Position numbers and translations under genes: made by a program
Shown here: positions 17,936 through 27,767 of the stretch, piece by piece
Layout: each line of letters begins with the position of its first letter
How positions within the stretch are numbered: the stretch's first letter is position 1
From: a virus
Virus record (IMG/VR): IMGVR_UViG_3300050821_022567
Coordinates: 5,764-69,763 of that record
Strand: one strand, 5' to 3'
Length of the DNA stretch: 64,000 nucleotides
The notes under the pieces: model-generated
Database searches by the model: none
Told to the model about the DNA's origin: nothing
What the model saw: only the letters and a program-made list of their open reading frames with translations

Positions 17936-18934
17936 ATGACGAAGCCCGCGAGCATCACCCGCCTCGAGAACGACGACGGCATCTGGTACGTCATCGACGA
18001 CCCCGACCACAACGAGCCCGGCGAAGGCGGCGGGGTCCACTACGCGATCCCGATCGAGCTCCTCGGCACGGTCATCGGAGACATCTGCGTCGACCTCGCC
18101 TTTCTGGATGACCAGGAGTTGGCCGAGCAGGACCCGAGCAGCACCACCGACATCGACGGAAAGGACGTCTCGGTCTGGATCAAGCCGGAAGGCTACTACG
18201 TGATGCTCTCGTTCAACCGCGGCGAGAGGACGTTCGTTCTCGGCTTCACGGATGCAGAGCGGCTCGGGTCGGCCCTTGTCTCAGCCAGTAAGAAGGCGGG
18301 CGCTCTGCTCTCGCCCGCGGGCATTCCTGACGAGCTATTCGAGGCTGTCGAGAAGGGCGGGGACGCCGCCCCACCGCCCTCGCAAAGGGAGCGCTTCGCC
18401 AAGAAGTTCGAGGCGGAGCGCGTCGTGGTCGTGTCCGACGAGCCTCCAGCCGTCGCCCCCACGGATTCTTCGGAAGCTCTCGCGTCGAAGAAGACGACGC
18501 TCGAGCAGATCGACGAATGGCTGGCTATCCAACAGCCGACGGACTCATGGGGAGTCAATGCCGTCGAGTCCGGTCGCTTCCTGCGGAAGCGCGTGGCGCA
18601 ACTCGAGGAGGAGCAAATCCGCTTGGCGTCGGAGCTTCTGCTCGTGGGCGCTCGGGCCAGCGACGCCGAGCGCGAGGCCGAACAGATGCGGCCCCTGGTC
18701 GACGGTGCCACCCGGATAGTCTTCCGGAGGCCGGACGGGACGCGCGGCGCCGTTGCTCGACAGACGCCGGACGGGCTTTCTTGGGTCGTCGACGCCTTCG
18801 TCAAGGACGACTTCGAGAACGATGCGGGAGACGTGATGCAGCTCGTGAAGCGGGGCCTCTCGAAGGACGAAGCGCTCGCTGTCGCCCAGGACCTCGCCGC
18901 TCGCGGCATCGCTCCGGTCGTGAACGATGTCTGA
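17936..18934 (+). CDS. Acidic hypothetical protein
   Basis: AAAGGA RBS, long high-GC3 ORF overlapping the next gene. Confidence 0.65.
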   Translation: MTKPASITRLENDDGIWYVIDDPDHNEPGEGGGVHYAIPIELLGTVIGDICVDLAFLDDQELAEQDPSSTTDIDGKDVSVWIKPEGYYVMLSFNRGERTFVLGFTDAERLGSALVSASKKAGALLSPAGIPDELFEAVEKGGDAAPPPSQRERFAKKFEAERVVVVSDEPPAVAPTDSSEALASKKTTLEQIDEWLAIQQPTDSWGVNAVESGRFLRKRVAQLEEEQIRLASELLLVGARASDAEREAEQMRPLVDGATRIVFRRPDGTRGAVARQTPDGLSWVVDAFVKDDFENDAGDVMQLVKRGLSKDEALAVAQDLAARGIAPVVNDV

Positions 18935-19895
18935 GACCTCGATCGCCTGGACGCGCCGCCCGCGCGCTGACGGCTCTCTCATCCCCGGATTCACGTTCTC
19001 CCCCTGGTGGGGGTGCACGAAGATCAGCCCTGCCTGCACGCATTGCTACGCCGACGCGTTCAGCACCCGCGTGGGGCACGGCAAGCGTCTTCCGCTCATC
19101 TGGGGCCCGCACGCGGAGCGGCGCTTCTTCTCCGACAAGCACTGGCTCGAGCCGCTCAAGTGGAACCGGTCCGCCGCGCGCGCGCGGGAGCGCCGCTGCG
19201 TCTTCTGCGCCTCGATGGCGGACGTCTTCGAGCGGGTCGCGGGGCCCGTCGGGGAGCGAATGGACGAGGCCCGCGAGCGCCTCTGGCCGCTCATCGAGGC
19301 GACGCCGTGGCTCGACTGGCAGCTTCTCACGAAGCGGCCCGAGAACATCCTCCCGATGATCCCGGCGCATTGGCGGCGCGCGATGCCAGTCAATCTCTGG
19401 CTCGGCACGACCGTGGAGAGCGCCGTCTACATCCCGCGCATTCAGCACTTGCTCCGGACGCGCGCGGCCATCACGTTCGTCTCCGCCGAGCCGCTGCTCG
19501 AGGACATCAGCGAAGCGGTGCTGCCCTACCTCGGGATGCGCCCGCTCGAGACGAACGACGGGCTCTGGCTCGGGGGGGACGACCCGCGCGTGCCATCGCT
19601 GGGAGGAACGCGCTGGCCTGCGCTCGACCAGATCATCGTCGGCGGCGAGAGCGGCGGGAAGGCCCGCGGCTTTGACGTCGCTTGGGCGCGGCGACTGCGC
19701 TCCGTCTGCGGCATCCTTGGGACGTCGTATTTCTGCAAGCAGCTCGGCGCCCGTCCCTTCGATAGCGTGCCACCTCCCGGTCTCGCGCTCCCATCGAAGT
19801 TCGCGTCGCGTGCCGCGGAGGATCCGAGCGAGTGGCCGCACGACCTTCGAGTCCGCGAATTCCCGCGCTCGGCCGCGCCGCTCGAATCCGCCTAG
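18927..19895 (+). CDS. DUF5131 (phage Gp37/Gp68) radical-SAM-like protein
   Basis: TSIAWT, GCTKISPACTHCYA, FCASMADVF, WQLLTKRP, FVSAEPLL, IIVGGESG, FCKQLG. Confidence 0.9.
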   Translation: MSETSIAWTRRPRADGSLIPGFTFSPWWGCTKISPACTHCYADAFSTRVGHGKRLPLIWGPHAERRFFSDKHWLEPLKWNRSAARARERRCVFCASMADVFERVAGPVGERMDEARERLWPLIEATPWLDWQLLTKRPENILPMIPAHWRRAMPVNLWLGTTVESAVYIPRIQHLLRTRAAITFVSAEPLLEDISEAVLPYLGMRPLETNDGLWLGGDDPRVPSLGGTRWPALDQIIVGGESGGKARGFDVAWARRLRSVCGILGTSYFCKQLGARPFDSVPPPGLALPSKFASRAAEDPSEWPHDLRVREFPRSAAPLESA

Positions 19896-20212
19896 AGTTT
19901 CTGAAGAGTGCCGTCCTTCCACAGGACGACCACCTTCCCCGGCTCCTGCGCGGCCGCCAGGTCCTCGGCCACATCCTCCGCCTTCCTCTGCACGCCGCTC
20001 GCCGGCGGCGGCGCGGGGCCGCGATCGAACAGTCGCCGCTCGAGATTCGCCGCGCGCGACTCGGCCAGCTGCCGCGCGTGCCGCTCCCGAAAGAGCTCCT
20101 CCTCCACGAGGAAGAGGTGGCGCGCGAGCGACTGCAGCGCCCAGCGCGACGCCTCGCGCTCGTTCTCGTAGGCGACCTCGAAGCTTTCTTCGAGCGTGAG
20201 ACGTCTCGGCAT
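19892..20212 (-). CDS. Coiled-coil hypothetical protein
   Basis: GGAG RBS; its stop overlaps the DUF5131 stop at the convergence point. Confidence 0.55.
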   Translation of the reverse strand: MPRRLTLEESFEVAYENEREASRWALQSLARHLFLVEEELFRERHARQLAESRAANLERRLFDRGPAPPPASGVQRKAEDVAEDLAAAQEPGKVVVLWKDGTLQKL

Positions 20213-20240
20213 GGGGACTCCCCCGCCGAACGCTCGGCGG

Positions 20241-20492
20241 TCAGCGCGTACGAAACATCGGAACCGGGAACCACTCGAGCGCGCGCTCGAAGGCTTCGAA
20301 CCGCGCGCCCTCGGCGCCGCACACCGGACAGCGGGCGGTGCACCCCGGCGGCGCCGCCGACAACGTTTCGCAGCCGCAGTTCCGGCAGGTCACGGTCCCG
20401 ACCGTAGCTTCCTCGCAAACGCAGGTCGCCGCCTCGGGCGTCTTTGGACGTCGCCGTGCACGCTCAGTCATCATGTCGATCACTTGCCCCAC
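20241..20492 (-). CDS. Small Zn-finger protein, probably leaderless
   Basis: CRNC..CPVC; GTG lies 6 nt after TTGCAC-17-CACCTT. Confidence 0.55.
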   Translation of the reverse strand: MGQVIDMMTERARRRPKTPEAATCVCEEATVGTVTCRNCGCETLSAAPPGCTARCPVCGAEGARFEAFERALEWFPVPMFRTR

Positions 20493-20498
20493 GCGCCA

Positions 20499-20527
20499 AA
20501 GGTGACCGCTTTGGACCGCGTGTGCAA
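20499..20527 (-). promoter_or_regulatory. Putative promoter TTGCAC-17-CACCTT with inverted repeat CCAAAG/CTTTGG
   Basis: Hexamer spacing read directly; AT-rich tract upstream at about 20542-20558. Confidence 0.5.
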
Positions 20528-21113
20528 GGTGCGCGCCGTCGATTGTTGAAAAAAGTTGTGGCGCCTCGGTGACGAGCGACTAGGGGAGCCGCGCGCTCGC
20601 GACCAAGCCCGGGGGCGGCATCGCTTCCCCGTTCGCGTGCGGGTACTGCCGAGCGAGCCGCGCGCGCTCGCGCAGTACCGCCGTCTCGATCTCGCGGGGC
20701 GTCGGCCACCGCGTTAGATTTGGCCGCGCGTCGTCCGGGTGCGGGAGCGGGTTTCGATTGGCCTCCGCCTGCGCGCGCGCGATCGCGGCGTCAAGTCGGG
20801 AGAGCTGGTCGCGGGTGAGCGGGAGTCGGCTCATCGGCGCACCCGAGCCGCGTCCATGCGCGCGCTCATGATGTCGAAGTGCACCTTGGCTGCGGCGTAG
20901 GACATCCCAGCCTTGCCCGATGCCATCGACGCGGGGAGGAGAAGGACCTTCGCGATCTCCCGATCGCAGAACGCGAGGAAGTCCTCCGCGGTGGGGTGGG
21001 GTCGTTCGTTCATCGCGGTTCCTTCGCCGGCGGCCGGCACGCCGCGCAGCGCGCGTGCCCGGTACCGAAGCACTCGAGGCAAAAGAGGCTCTGCCAGAAC
21101 GCTTTCCACTTCT

Positions 21114-21457
21114 TCAACATGGGATCCTCTCCAGCGAGCGTCGCCGCCGCCACCATCGTCGCCAAACCGGGTACGCGAGGAAGACCGCCACCCCCGCGAG
21201 GGCGCTCCACGCGCCGAGCGCTACGAAGTACACGCACCAGAGAATCTCCTTCGCGACGAAGTAGTGGATGAGCTTCCGGTGGCAGGGCACCGACGGTCGC
21301 GCGCGCATGGCTTCCTGCTCGGCGAGCCTCTCGCTCACGCTCGCATGTCCAAAGCCGCAGAGGACGGCCGCGGACCCGACCCACTCGATCGCGCGGCCGT
21401 GCGTGACGAGTATCGTCGCCGCGAGGATCAGCGCGACGACTATCGTCTCTCCCATCC
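21114..21457 (-). CDS. Multi-pass membrane protein
   Basis: Three to four hydrophobic segments and a basic WRRWWRRRR tail; start approximate. Confidence 0.6.
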
Positions 21458-21845
21458 ACGTCCTCACGGAATCCTCCGGAACCACCGCTCGTGTCTCACC
21501 CAGTGCATCTGCCGCTCGTGCGGGTGCTCCACGAGCTCGGCCATCGTCGCTTCGAACCATGCCATCGTCGCGCAGAGCCACGGCGGGAAGCCGATGCCGC
21601 GCACGCCCCGTCGCGCTCGTCGCCTTCGCCGCGCGCCTCCCATCAGGCGACGAGCCTCGGCGGCCGCGTCACCTGCTCGACCGTTGTCACCCACACCGCC
21701 TGCATCGCGGCGAAGCGGCGCCACGCGAGCGCGACGTAGTGCGCGCGACGGCTCTCGCGGGAGAGCCGCTTCCGTTCGGCGCGCGTCAGTCGGGCGGATT
21801 GAATGATGTTCATATAAATAAAGCCACGGTCTGGGACGCTCTTAC

Positions 21846-21946
21846 GGGGCGACTAAGCGCCCCCGCCAGCTGCGCTGCGTGGTCGGCCTCGACGGGAGCG
21901 AGGTCGCGACCTCGGGTTGCCGTCTCGAGAAGGGCCAGCCTTCTCG
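21846..21946. other. Cluster of hairpins in a non-coding region (possible structured RNA or leader)
   Basis: GGGGCG/CGCCCC 21846-21863, 16-bp palindrome 21899-21914, CGAGAAGG/CCTTCTCG 21926-21946. Confidence 0.45.
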
Positions 21947-22000
21947 GCTCTGGACGTGCTCACGTTGCCGCGCGCCCGCCCTGCTCCCATATCCCGCAGG

Positions 22001-22030
22001 TGCGTTCGCCCGCGTGCCTCTGCGTCTTCG
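22001..22030 (-). repeat. Three phased 10-bp GCGT repeats resembling 5951-5980
   Basis: TGCGTTCGCC CGCGTGCCTC TGCGTCTTCG. Confidence 0.55.
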
Positions 22031-22308
22031 CGCGCGCGACTGGTCGCCCAAAGTGGCGATGCCAACAGCGACTTAGGTGATTGATTCCGAAGCATTGGCT
22101 ACTTTCGTCGTCGATAGATCACATCGCGCCTCGCCTCCGCCACGAATCGCGCGGGTGAGAGCCAGCGCTTCCACGCTTCGAGGAAGAGGAGCGACACGTG
22201 TGCCCCGTTCAGGACGGCCGTGTGCGATGCGCCGATCGCAATCGTGCACCATCGGCCCGGCCCGACGAGGCCGTCCGTCGCTTCGACGATGCCGGCATGG
22301 AAGTGCAT

Positions 22309-22836
22309 TCAACCGCTCCGCTTCGCCGCCGGCGCGCTGGCGCCCTCGACGAGGTGCGTGCCGCTTTCGGTCTCCTCCGCGAAGGAGGGTATCGGTCGCT
22401 CCAGGCGGGTCGGCGTCATCAGCGACTGCGTCGCCTTGACGAAGCTCTCCTCGACCTGCACCACGCGCTCCTCCGTCGCGCGCTGCCTCGCGCGCAGCCG
22501 GGTGATCTCCGTCCGCAGCTCCCGGTTCCGCTCGAGCGAATCGCGTAGCTGGGTGCGCGTCTGCTCGAGCATCTCGCTCAACTCTTCGACCGTCAGCCCG
22601 CGCTCTCCGACTCCGTGCCACGCCTGCCGCAGGCGGTTGATCGACGTCAGCGCCCAACGTCCACCGATCTTGATCACCACCGGGTCGTCGTGCTTCGTGT
22701 GGATCGAGAAGAGCTTCCTCCGCATGCGCTCGGTGCGCCATCGAAACGCGCGCGCCAGGTCCGCGATGAAGATCGGTTGGTCCTGCGGCAGGTCGCGAAG
22801 GGACGGCGGCGCCTCTCTCTTTCCGTCGTCGTTCAT
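22309..22836 (-). CDS. wHTH plus coiled-coil protein
   Basis: IFIADLARAFRWRTERMRRKL..KIGGRW followed by a heptad region. Confidence 0.6.
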   Translation of the reverse strand: MNDDGKREAPPSLRDLPQDQPIFIADLARAFRWRTERMRRKLFSIHTKHDDPVVIKIGGRWALTSINRLRQAWHGVGERGLTVEELSEMLEQTRTQLRDSLERNRELRTEITRLRARQRATEERVVQVEESFVKATQSLMTPTRLERPIPSFAEETESGTHLVEGASAPAAKRSG

Positions 22837-23633
22837 CGGCGACCACCGCCGTTCATCATCCGCTCCGCGATCTCGTCCGCGCGGCGTCGCTGCTCCACGA
22901 AGTCGTCGATCGCGCGCATGCGCTCCTCGACCGTCTCGGGCCTCTTCGGCTGCAGCGACGCCGCGATCTCCACGTTCCGCTTCTCGAGCTGCTCCTTCTT
23001 CGCGACGCGGACCTTGTAGTCGAACGCGTCGCGCTCATCCAAGATGGGGACGAATCGCTCGACCACCTCGTCGACCAGATCGTCCGCCCAGTCGCGGATG
23101 CGCAGGAGGCGCGGCGGAATTCCCTTCCCGTCCTCGTTCAGGCTCGCGCACTCCCACTGCAGGAACTCGAAGACGCTCTCTCCCGTGCGCTTCTTGCGGT
23201 CCCGGAGCTCGGCCGCATAGGGGCACTTCGCTGCGCCGACCGCAGCCAAACAGCGGTGACCGTCTCCCTTCTTGAAGGCGTAACGCATCTTGGGGGAGAG
23301 CCCGCGCGGCGTGAACGCCAGGTGCGCGACCTCGAAGTCCTCGCGCGTCATCTCCGCCGTCGCCCATTCGAGCCGGCGAATCTCCGCCGCCGCCCGCATC
23401 CGCGCCGGGCTCCGCATCTTCATGTGGAGCGCCGCGATCCGCGCCGCGTCCCACACGAGCCCCCCTCCCCCGCCCGCGATGTTCTGCGCCGCGAAGCCGA
23501 TCGCCGACGCGGACGAGCCGAAGACCCACGCGAGCGACTCCTCTGCCGCTTTGAAGCGGAGCGGATTCATCCGCGGCGTCTCTTCGGTCTCTTCGGTCTC
23601 CCCATCGAGGAGACTCCGGTCTTCGACAACCAT
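22833..23633 (-). CDS. Hypothetical protein
   Basis: Long high-GC3 ORF with ATGA overlap. Confidence 0.6.
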   Translation of the reverse strand: MVVEDRSLLDGETEETEETPRMNPLRFKAAEESLAWVFGSSASAIGFAAQNIAGGGGGLVWDAARIAALHMKMRSPARMRAAAEIRRLEWATAEMTREDFEVAHLAFTPRGLSPKMRYAFKKGDGHRCLAAVGAAKCPYAAELRDRKKRTGESVFEFLQWECASLNEDGKGIPPRLLRIRDWADDLVDEVVERFVPILDERDAFDYKVRVAKKEQLEKRNVEIAASLQPKRPETVEERMRAIDDFVEQRRRADEIAERMMNGGGRR

Positions 23634-23714
23634 CGAGGCCCTTTCGCCCGAGACCTGCTCGGACCGTCGCAGTCATGAACCCTAGAAAACCCGGACCGAT
23701 CCGTCCAGTCTCGT

Positions 23715-26012
23715 TTACCCCTTCAGCATCTCAACGACGCTCGTTAGGCGCTCTTTCTCCGCGACAAGCGGTCCAATCTTCTCGTCGATCTCCGCGATGC
23801 GCTCCTTCGCATTCAAGACGATCGCCTTCGTCGTGCCCGAAAGACCCGCAAACGCCGCTCGCTCTTCTTTGCGCGAGAGCACCTTGTTGGCCCGGACGTC
23901 CGCCGGTGTTTGGACGCGACGCTTCCTTGCAACACGCACCTTTGGCGCTCGGGCGGGCGGGGCAGGCGGCGCCTCTCCGCCAAGAGCGGGCCTTCGACCG
24001 CCAGTCAACTTCGCGCGCTTCACGAGTCCGCGCTTGCGCAACAGATAGATGGTCGTGTCGACCGCCGATGCGGTCGTACCGAGCTTCTCGGCAATCTCCT
24101 TCGCCGTCCCTCCCGCCTCGTACGCGTCCAAGATCGCCTGCTGTTTCTCCGTGAGCATTACCTCGTCTGCCATGGCTTCCTCCGTCGGTTGTGGATCGTT
24201 CGTTGGTTCTTCGGGTAGTTCGACGACCTCCGCCGCCCCCTCCTCCGGGCATAGGAAGACGCGCGCCGGTGCGGCTACTCCACGCTCATGAGCGCGCTGA
24301 CTTCCGCGCTCTGACCTCCCAGCAATCTCCTCAGATCGGATTTCCTCACCAGGAGCTTGCTCTCGACCCGCGGCTGCACGACCTCGTGGTTCCCCTCTTC
24401 CGCGAAGACCAACGACTGCATGTGAAACGTCACGAACTCGCCGTCCCGCGTTCGGCTCTGCGACGCGGTCAGCGCGACCGCCACTCGAATCGGCTCCATC
24501 GCTCTTCGCCTCCTTTGCCTTCGGTTCCACGATCTGCGCCCCCTGCGTCCGACTGAAGACGAGCACCTTCGCCTCGCGCAGACCTTGAAGGAGCACGCTC
24601 ACGCCCGCGCGGCGCGACTTGTCGGTCGACCCTTCGACGCCGCAAAGATCCGCGATCTCCAGCATCGAAGGACCGGAGCCGCGCTCCTCCCACGACTCCC
24701 GGATGAAGTGGACCGCCTGCGCCGCGCGCGGGCTCAGCGGAACGCCGTAGAGGATCTCGAGCGCGGACCCGTCGTGCGCGCGCCCCCGCTTCTCGAGTTC
24801 CAGCTTCTGCAGTTGCGCCCAGACCCACTCGGACTCTGCGTCCGCGTAGCCTTCCGTCTCCTCGCCTTCCCCGAAGCGTGGCAGGCGCCCGGCGCTGTAG
24901 AGCGGCCGGCCGGCGCGCACGTCGTCGAGCTCGTCGGCATCCTCCGCCGACCTCGGCGCGGGCGCCGGCGGCGCCTCGTCGGCCTCGCCGCCGGCCCCCC
25001 CGATCCCGAGCCCCTCATACGTGCCACGCTCGGCTTCGGCGAAGGCCTCGAGCCGTCGCTTCGCCCGCGGGCTCGCCTTGAGCCGCGCCAGCGTCTTGTA
25101 CTCGATCTGGCGGATCCGCTCGCGCGTGACGTCGAGTTGCTTGCTCACTTGGTCGAGCGTCATCCCCCCCTGGTCGGCCAGGTCGAGCGAGCAGGTATGC
25201 GGCAAGTCCCACGGTTCCTTGTCTGGGAAGTTCAGCTGGATGCCGCCCGTCGGCAAGACGTCGAGGCCGAGGTGATGGCGGCAGCTCGCGAAGGGGCACG
25301 GGCGCGCCTCGTTATGGCCTCCGGGCAGGCAGTCCTCTCGACGCTCCGGGCGACGGACGCGAGGGACCGGCGCATCGCGATCCGCGTCGTGCTCGTAGAC
25401 GGTCGCCTCGGCGCCGCCCGCCACCCTCGCCCGAGCGCCCGCGATCGCCGCGTCGAGCCTCGCTCCGCTGAGAGTCACGGGCGGTGCCGGCACCCGTCTC
25501 TGGTAGGAGCCGCGTTTCGACTTCTCGCGCTTCACGAGCCCGCGCGTGCGCAGCACCCAAAGACACGCGCTCACCGCCGCAGGCGTCGCCCCCACCGCTG
25601 CCGCCACGTCGACCGTCCGCATGCCCTCCTCGTAAAGCTTCAGGATCCGCGCCTGCTTCTCGGTCAGCTCCCTCGGGTTCTTCTTCTCCACCGGCGGCCC
25701 AGGCACCGGGTCCGGCATCTCCGCCACCTGCTTGGCGATCGACGGTCGCTCGACGGGAGCGGTCCGCGCGAGCCGTTCCTCGAGCCGATCGATCTTCCTT
25801 CGGACGCGCTCGAGTGGGTCGAGCGTCGCCTCGCGGTTCCGCTCCTCCGCCAATGTCGACGCCGCACGCCTCGAGATCGCGGACCGGCGCTCCGCGGCCG
25901 CTCGCCTTGCGTTGTCCTGGGCGAACGCCTCGAGACGCTCCGCGCTCCACTCGGAGACGTCTGGTTCCTCCGCTGGCGGCGGCTCGGTGTAGATCGGGAG
26001 TCGGCGAATCAA
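23715..26012 (-). CDS. Multi-domain transcription regulator: LuxR-like HTH x2, Cys/His domain plus sigma70 region 4, LexA-like wHTH
   Basis: LTEKQARILKLYEEG..LRTRGLVKR and LTEKQQAILDAYEAG..LRKRGLVKR; RPCPFASCRHHL..CSLDLADQGGMTLDQVSKQLDVTRERIRQIE; LSPRAAQAVHFIRESWEERGSGPSMLEIA; TTG start coupled to the upstream stop. Confidence 0.7.
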   Translation of the reverse strand: MIRRLPIYTEPPPAEEPDVSEWSAERLEAFAQDNARRAAAERRSAISRRAASTLAEERNREATLDPLERVRRKIDRLEERLARTAPVERPSIAKQVAEMPDPVPGPPVEKKNPRELTEKQARILKLYEEGMRTVDVAAAVGATPAAVSACLWVLRTRGLVKREKSKRGSYQRRVPAPPVTLSGARLDAAIAGARARVAGGAEATVYEHDADRDAPVPRVRRPERREDCLPGGHNEARPCPFASCRHHLGLDVLPTGGIQLNFPDKEPWDLPHTCSLDLADQGGMTLDQVSKQLDVTRERIRQIEYKTLARLKASPRAKRRLEAFAEAERGTYEGLGIGGAGGEADEAPPAPAPRSAEDADELDDVRAGRPLYSAGRLPRFGEGEETEGYADAESEWVWAQLQKLELEKRGRAHDGSALEILYGVPLSPRAAQAVHFIRESWEERGSGPSMLEIADLCGVEGSTDKSRRAGVSVLLQGLREAKVLVFSRTQGAQIVEPKAKEAKSDGADSSGGRADRVAEPNAGRRVRDVSHAVVGLRGRGEPRGRAAAGREQAPGEEIRSEEIAGRSERGSQRAHERGVAAPARVFLCPEEGAAEVVELPEEPTNDPQPTEEAMADEVMLTEKQQAILDAYEAGGTAKEIAEKLGTTASAVDTTIYLLRKRGLVKRAKLTGGRRPALGGEAPPAPPARAPKVRVARKRRVQTPADVRANKVLSRKEERAAFAGLSGTTKAIVLNAKERIAEIDEKIGPLVAEKERLTSVVEMLKG
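24275..24499 (-). CDS. 74-aa gene nested out of frame in the regulator
   Basis: AAGGAGG RBS; this frame has the high-GC3 codon pattern, while the long frame reads as low complexity here. Confidence 0.5.
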   Translation of the reverse strand: MEPIRVAVALTASQSRTRDGEFVTFHMQSLVFAEEGNHEVVQPRVESKLLVRKSDLRRLLGGQSAEVSALMSVE

Positions 26013-26675
26013 ACGGAGGTCCGCTCCTCGACAGGCAACGCCCATCGCTTCGGCTTCGACCCATCCTGGAGCACGACCTCAACGAGCACATCCCGCCATC
26101 CCTGCGCGATCTCGCGATCAAGCCACGCGGTCACCTGCTCGTGCGACTTGCCGTCGGCGTAGCTCGTCGCGACCATCTGCGCGATGACGTCCCACGTTGT
26201 GGGGATCTCGCAGGAGATCCGGTTCGTCGCCGGGTCCCATTTGGCTTCGACTCTGGGGACCTTCATCCGTCCCCCCGAGGCGGTAGCGTCGGTTCCTCGC
26301 TCGACTGCGGGATCGCATCGGCGATCGCGAGCGCCGTCGCCGCTCCCGTGAGCTTGGCCATACGGTGAGCGATGCGCGCGATCGTGCTGGCCGAGCCTCG
26401 GTGACCCGAGGCGAGCAGCCCGGCCGCCAGCTGCGCGAGGACGAGCGCGTCGCTCCGGCGCATCCGGCGGCTGTCCTTCGCGCGCGCTTCCCCCTTCGCC
26501 GCGGCGGCTGCGCGCATGGCGGCGAGCGCCGCGGACGCGTCGTCCATGAGGGGGGTCAGGTCGGTGAGCTCCTGCCCGCTCTCGATCATGGTGAGGAGCT
26601 TCGTAAAGGCGTCGATGCCTCTCGCGCACGCCGTCTCCGCCGCGGCCGCGCGCGCACGCCACTGTCCGTCCTGCA

Positions 26676-27197
26676 TCAGCCGTCCCCTTCGAGGCAGTAG
26701 CGAATTCCGTTCATCGCGTCGTGGAACGCCTCCGATTGGCGTACCGGCGCCGGCGGCAAGTAGGACCGAAGAAGCGTCTTCCACTCGCTCCGGATCGTCG
26801 ACGTGCGCGCCGCCGCGAGCACGGCTCGTGCTCGCTCGTCCTTCGGAAACTCGACGACCGCTTTTTCGAGCAATTCGATGAGCGGCTGGCAGATGTGGAC
26901 GTGGCGCCCCTCCCATTCGGCGAGCCACTTCGAGTCCGACATCGCGCATGCGGTGATCTGGCGGAACTCCTCAACCTGGATCGCGGGGACTCGCCCCTCG
27001 ACCTCCACCCCGTTCCCGTGAGCGCAGAAGATCGACCCGAACGGCTCCGGCTTCCCGAGGTAGTAGGAGACGCCCGGCGCGCAATCGAGATGAGCCTCGA
27101 AGACAGCGACCCATCCCTTCGGCAGCATCCGCGCCGGTCGAATCGCGTAGGCCTCTTCGATCGCTTTGCCCCACACGCACTTCTCGATCGAGCCCAT
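26676..27197 (-). CDS. Hypothetical protein
   Basis: Coupled operon member. Confidence 0.55.
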   Translation of the reverse strand: MGSIEKCVWGKAIEEAYAIRPARMLPKGWVAVFEAHLDCAPGVSYYLGKPEPFGSIFCAHGNGVEVEGRVPAIQVEEFRQITACAMSDSKWLAEWEGRHVHICQPLIELLEKAVVEFPKDERARAVLAAARTSTIRSEWKTLLRSYLPPAPVRQSEAFHDAMNGIRYCLEGDG

Positions 27198-27200
27198 GCT

Positions 27201-27767
27201 TCACCATTTCCCTTCGAGGAAGTCTGCGACCGGGATGTAGCGGCGCTCGGGCGGCGCGCTCACGAGCGAGAGCCGTTGCCCCGCGAGCCACGTGAGTCGC
27301 TCGACGCTGATGCCGTGAAGGGGGGCGAGCTTCCCGGTGATGATCGCCAGGAGTTCGCGGCACCGCTGGGGCGTGAGCACGTCGGCTCCCTGCTCCGGCG
27401 CGTCCACCTTCGCGAACTGGCGGAAGTGCTTCGTCCCGTGCTGAAAGAGCCCCTGCAGGATAATGATCGCCTGCTTCTCCGTTTCGGTCTGCGCCTCCGC
27501 CTCGACGCGCGCGCGCGGCTCCGTGGGCTTGGCGCAGTCCGCGTGCACCTGCGCGAAGCGATCGATGTGGTCCTCCGGTCTCCGCGACGAGCACGTCCGC
27601 TTGAACGGTGCGTCGCAGCCCATACAGCGCGCCTCGACGCGGCGCTCCTCCGGCAGGTTGTCCTCGTCGAACGTCGCGACGCTCACGCGCCCACGCACGT
27701 GCGGCGCGTTGGCGGGGGCGTACGCCTCCCACCGGACGAGCGGCTTCGCGCGGGCCTTCTTCTTCAC
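27201..27767 (-). CDS. Hypothetical protein with Zn-ribbon
   Basis: GAGGAG RBS, GTG overlapping the HNH stop; CMGC..H..H motif. Confidence 0.55.
   Translation of the reverse strand: MKKKARAKPLVRWEAYAPANAPHVRGRVSVATFDEDNLPEERRVEARCMGCDAPFKRTCSSRRPEDHIDRFAQVHADCAKPTEPRARVEAEAQTETEKQAIIILQGLFQHGTKHFRQFAKVDAPEQGADVLTPQRCRELLAIITGKLAPLHGISVERLTWLAGQRLSLVSAPPERRYIPVADFLEGKW

Noticed and set aside
8556-19895. Plus-strand block as an invertible segment or a separate inserted element
   Set aside because: No flanking inverted or direct repeats and no invertase or second integrase were seen; it has phage-like promoters and coupling, and its end overlaps a convergent stop codon
25070-25320. Complete phage sigma factor
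   Set aside because: Only region 4 is recognisable; there is no region 2 core-binding or -10 recognition motif
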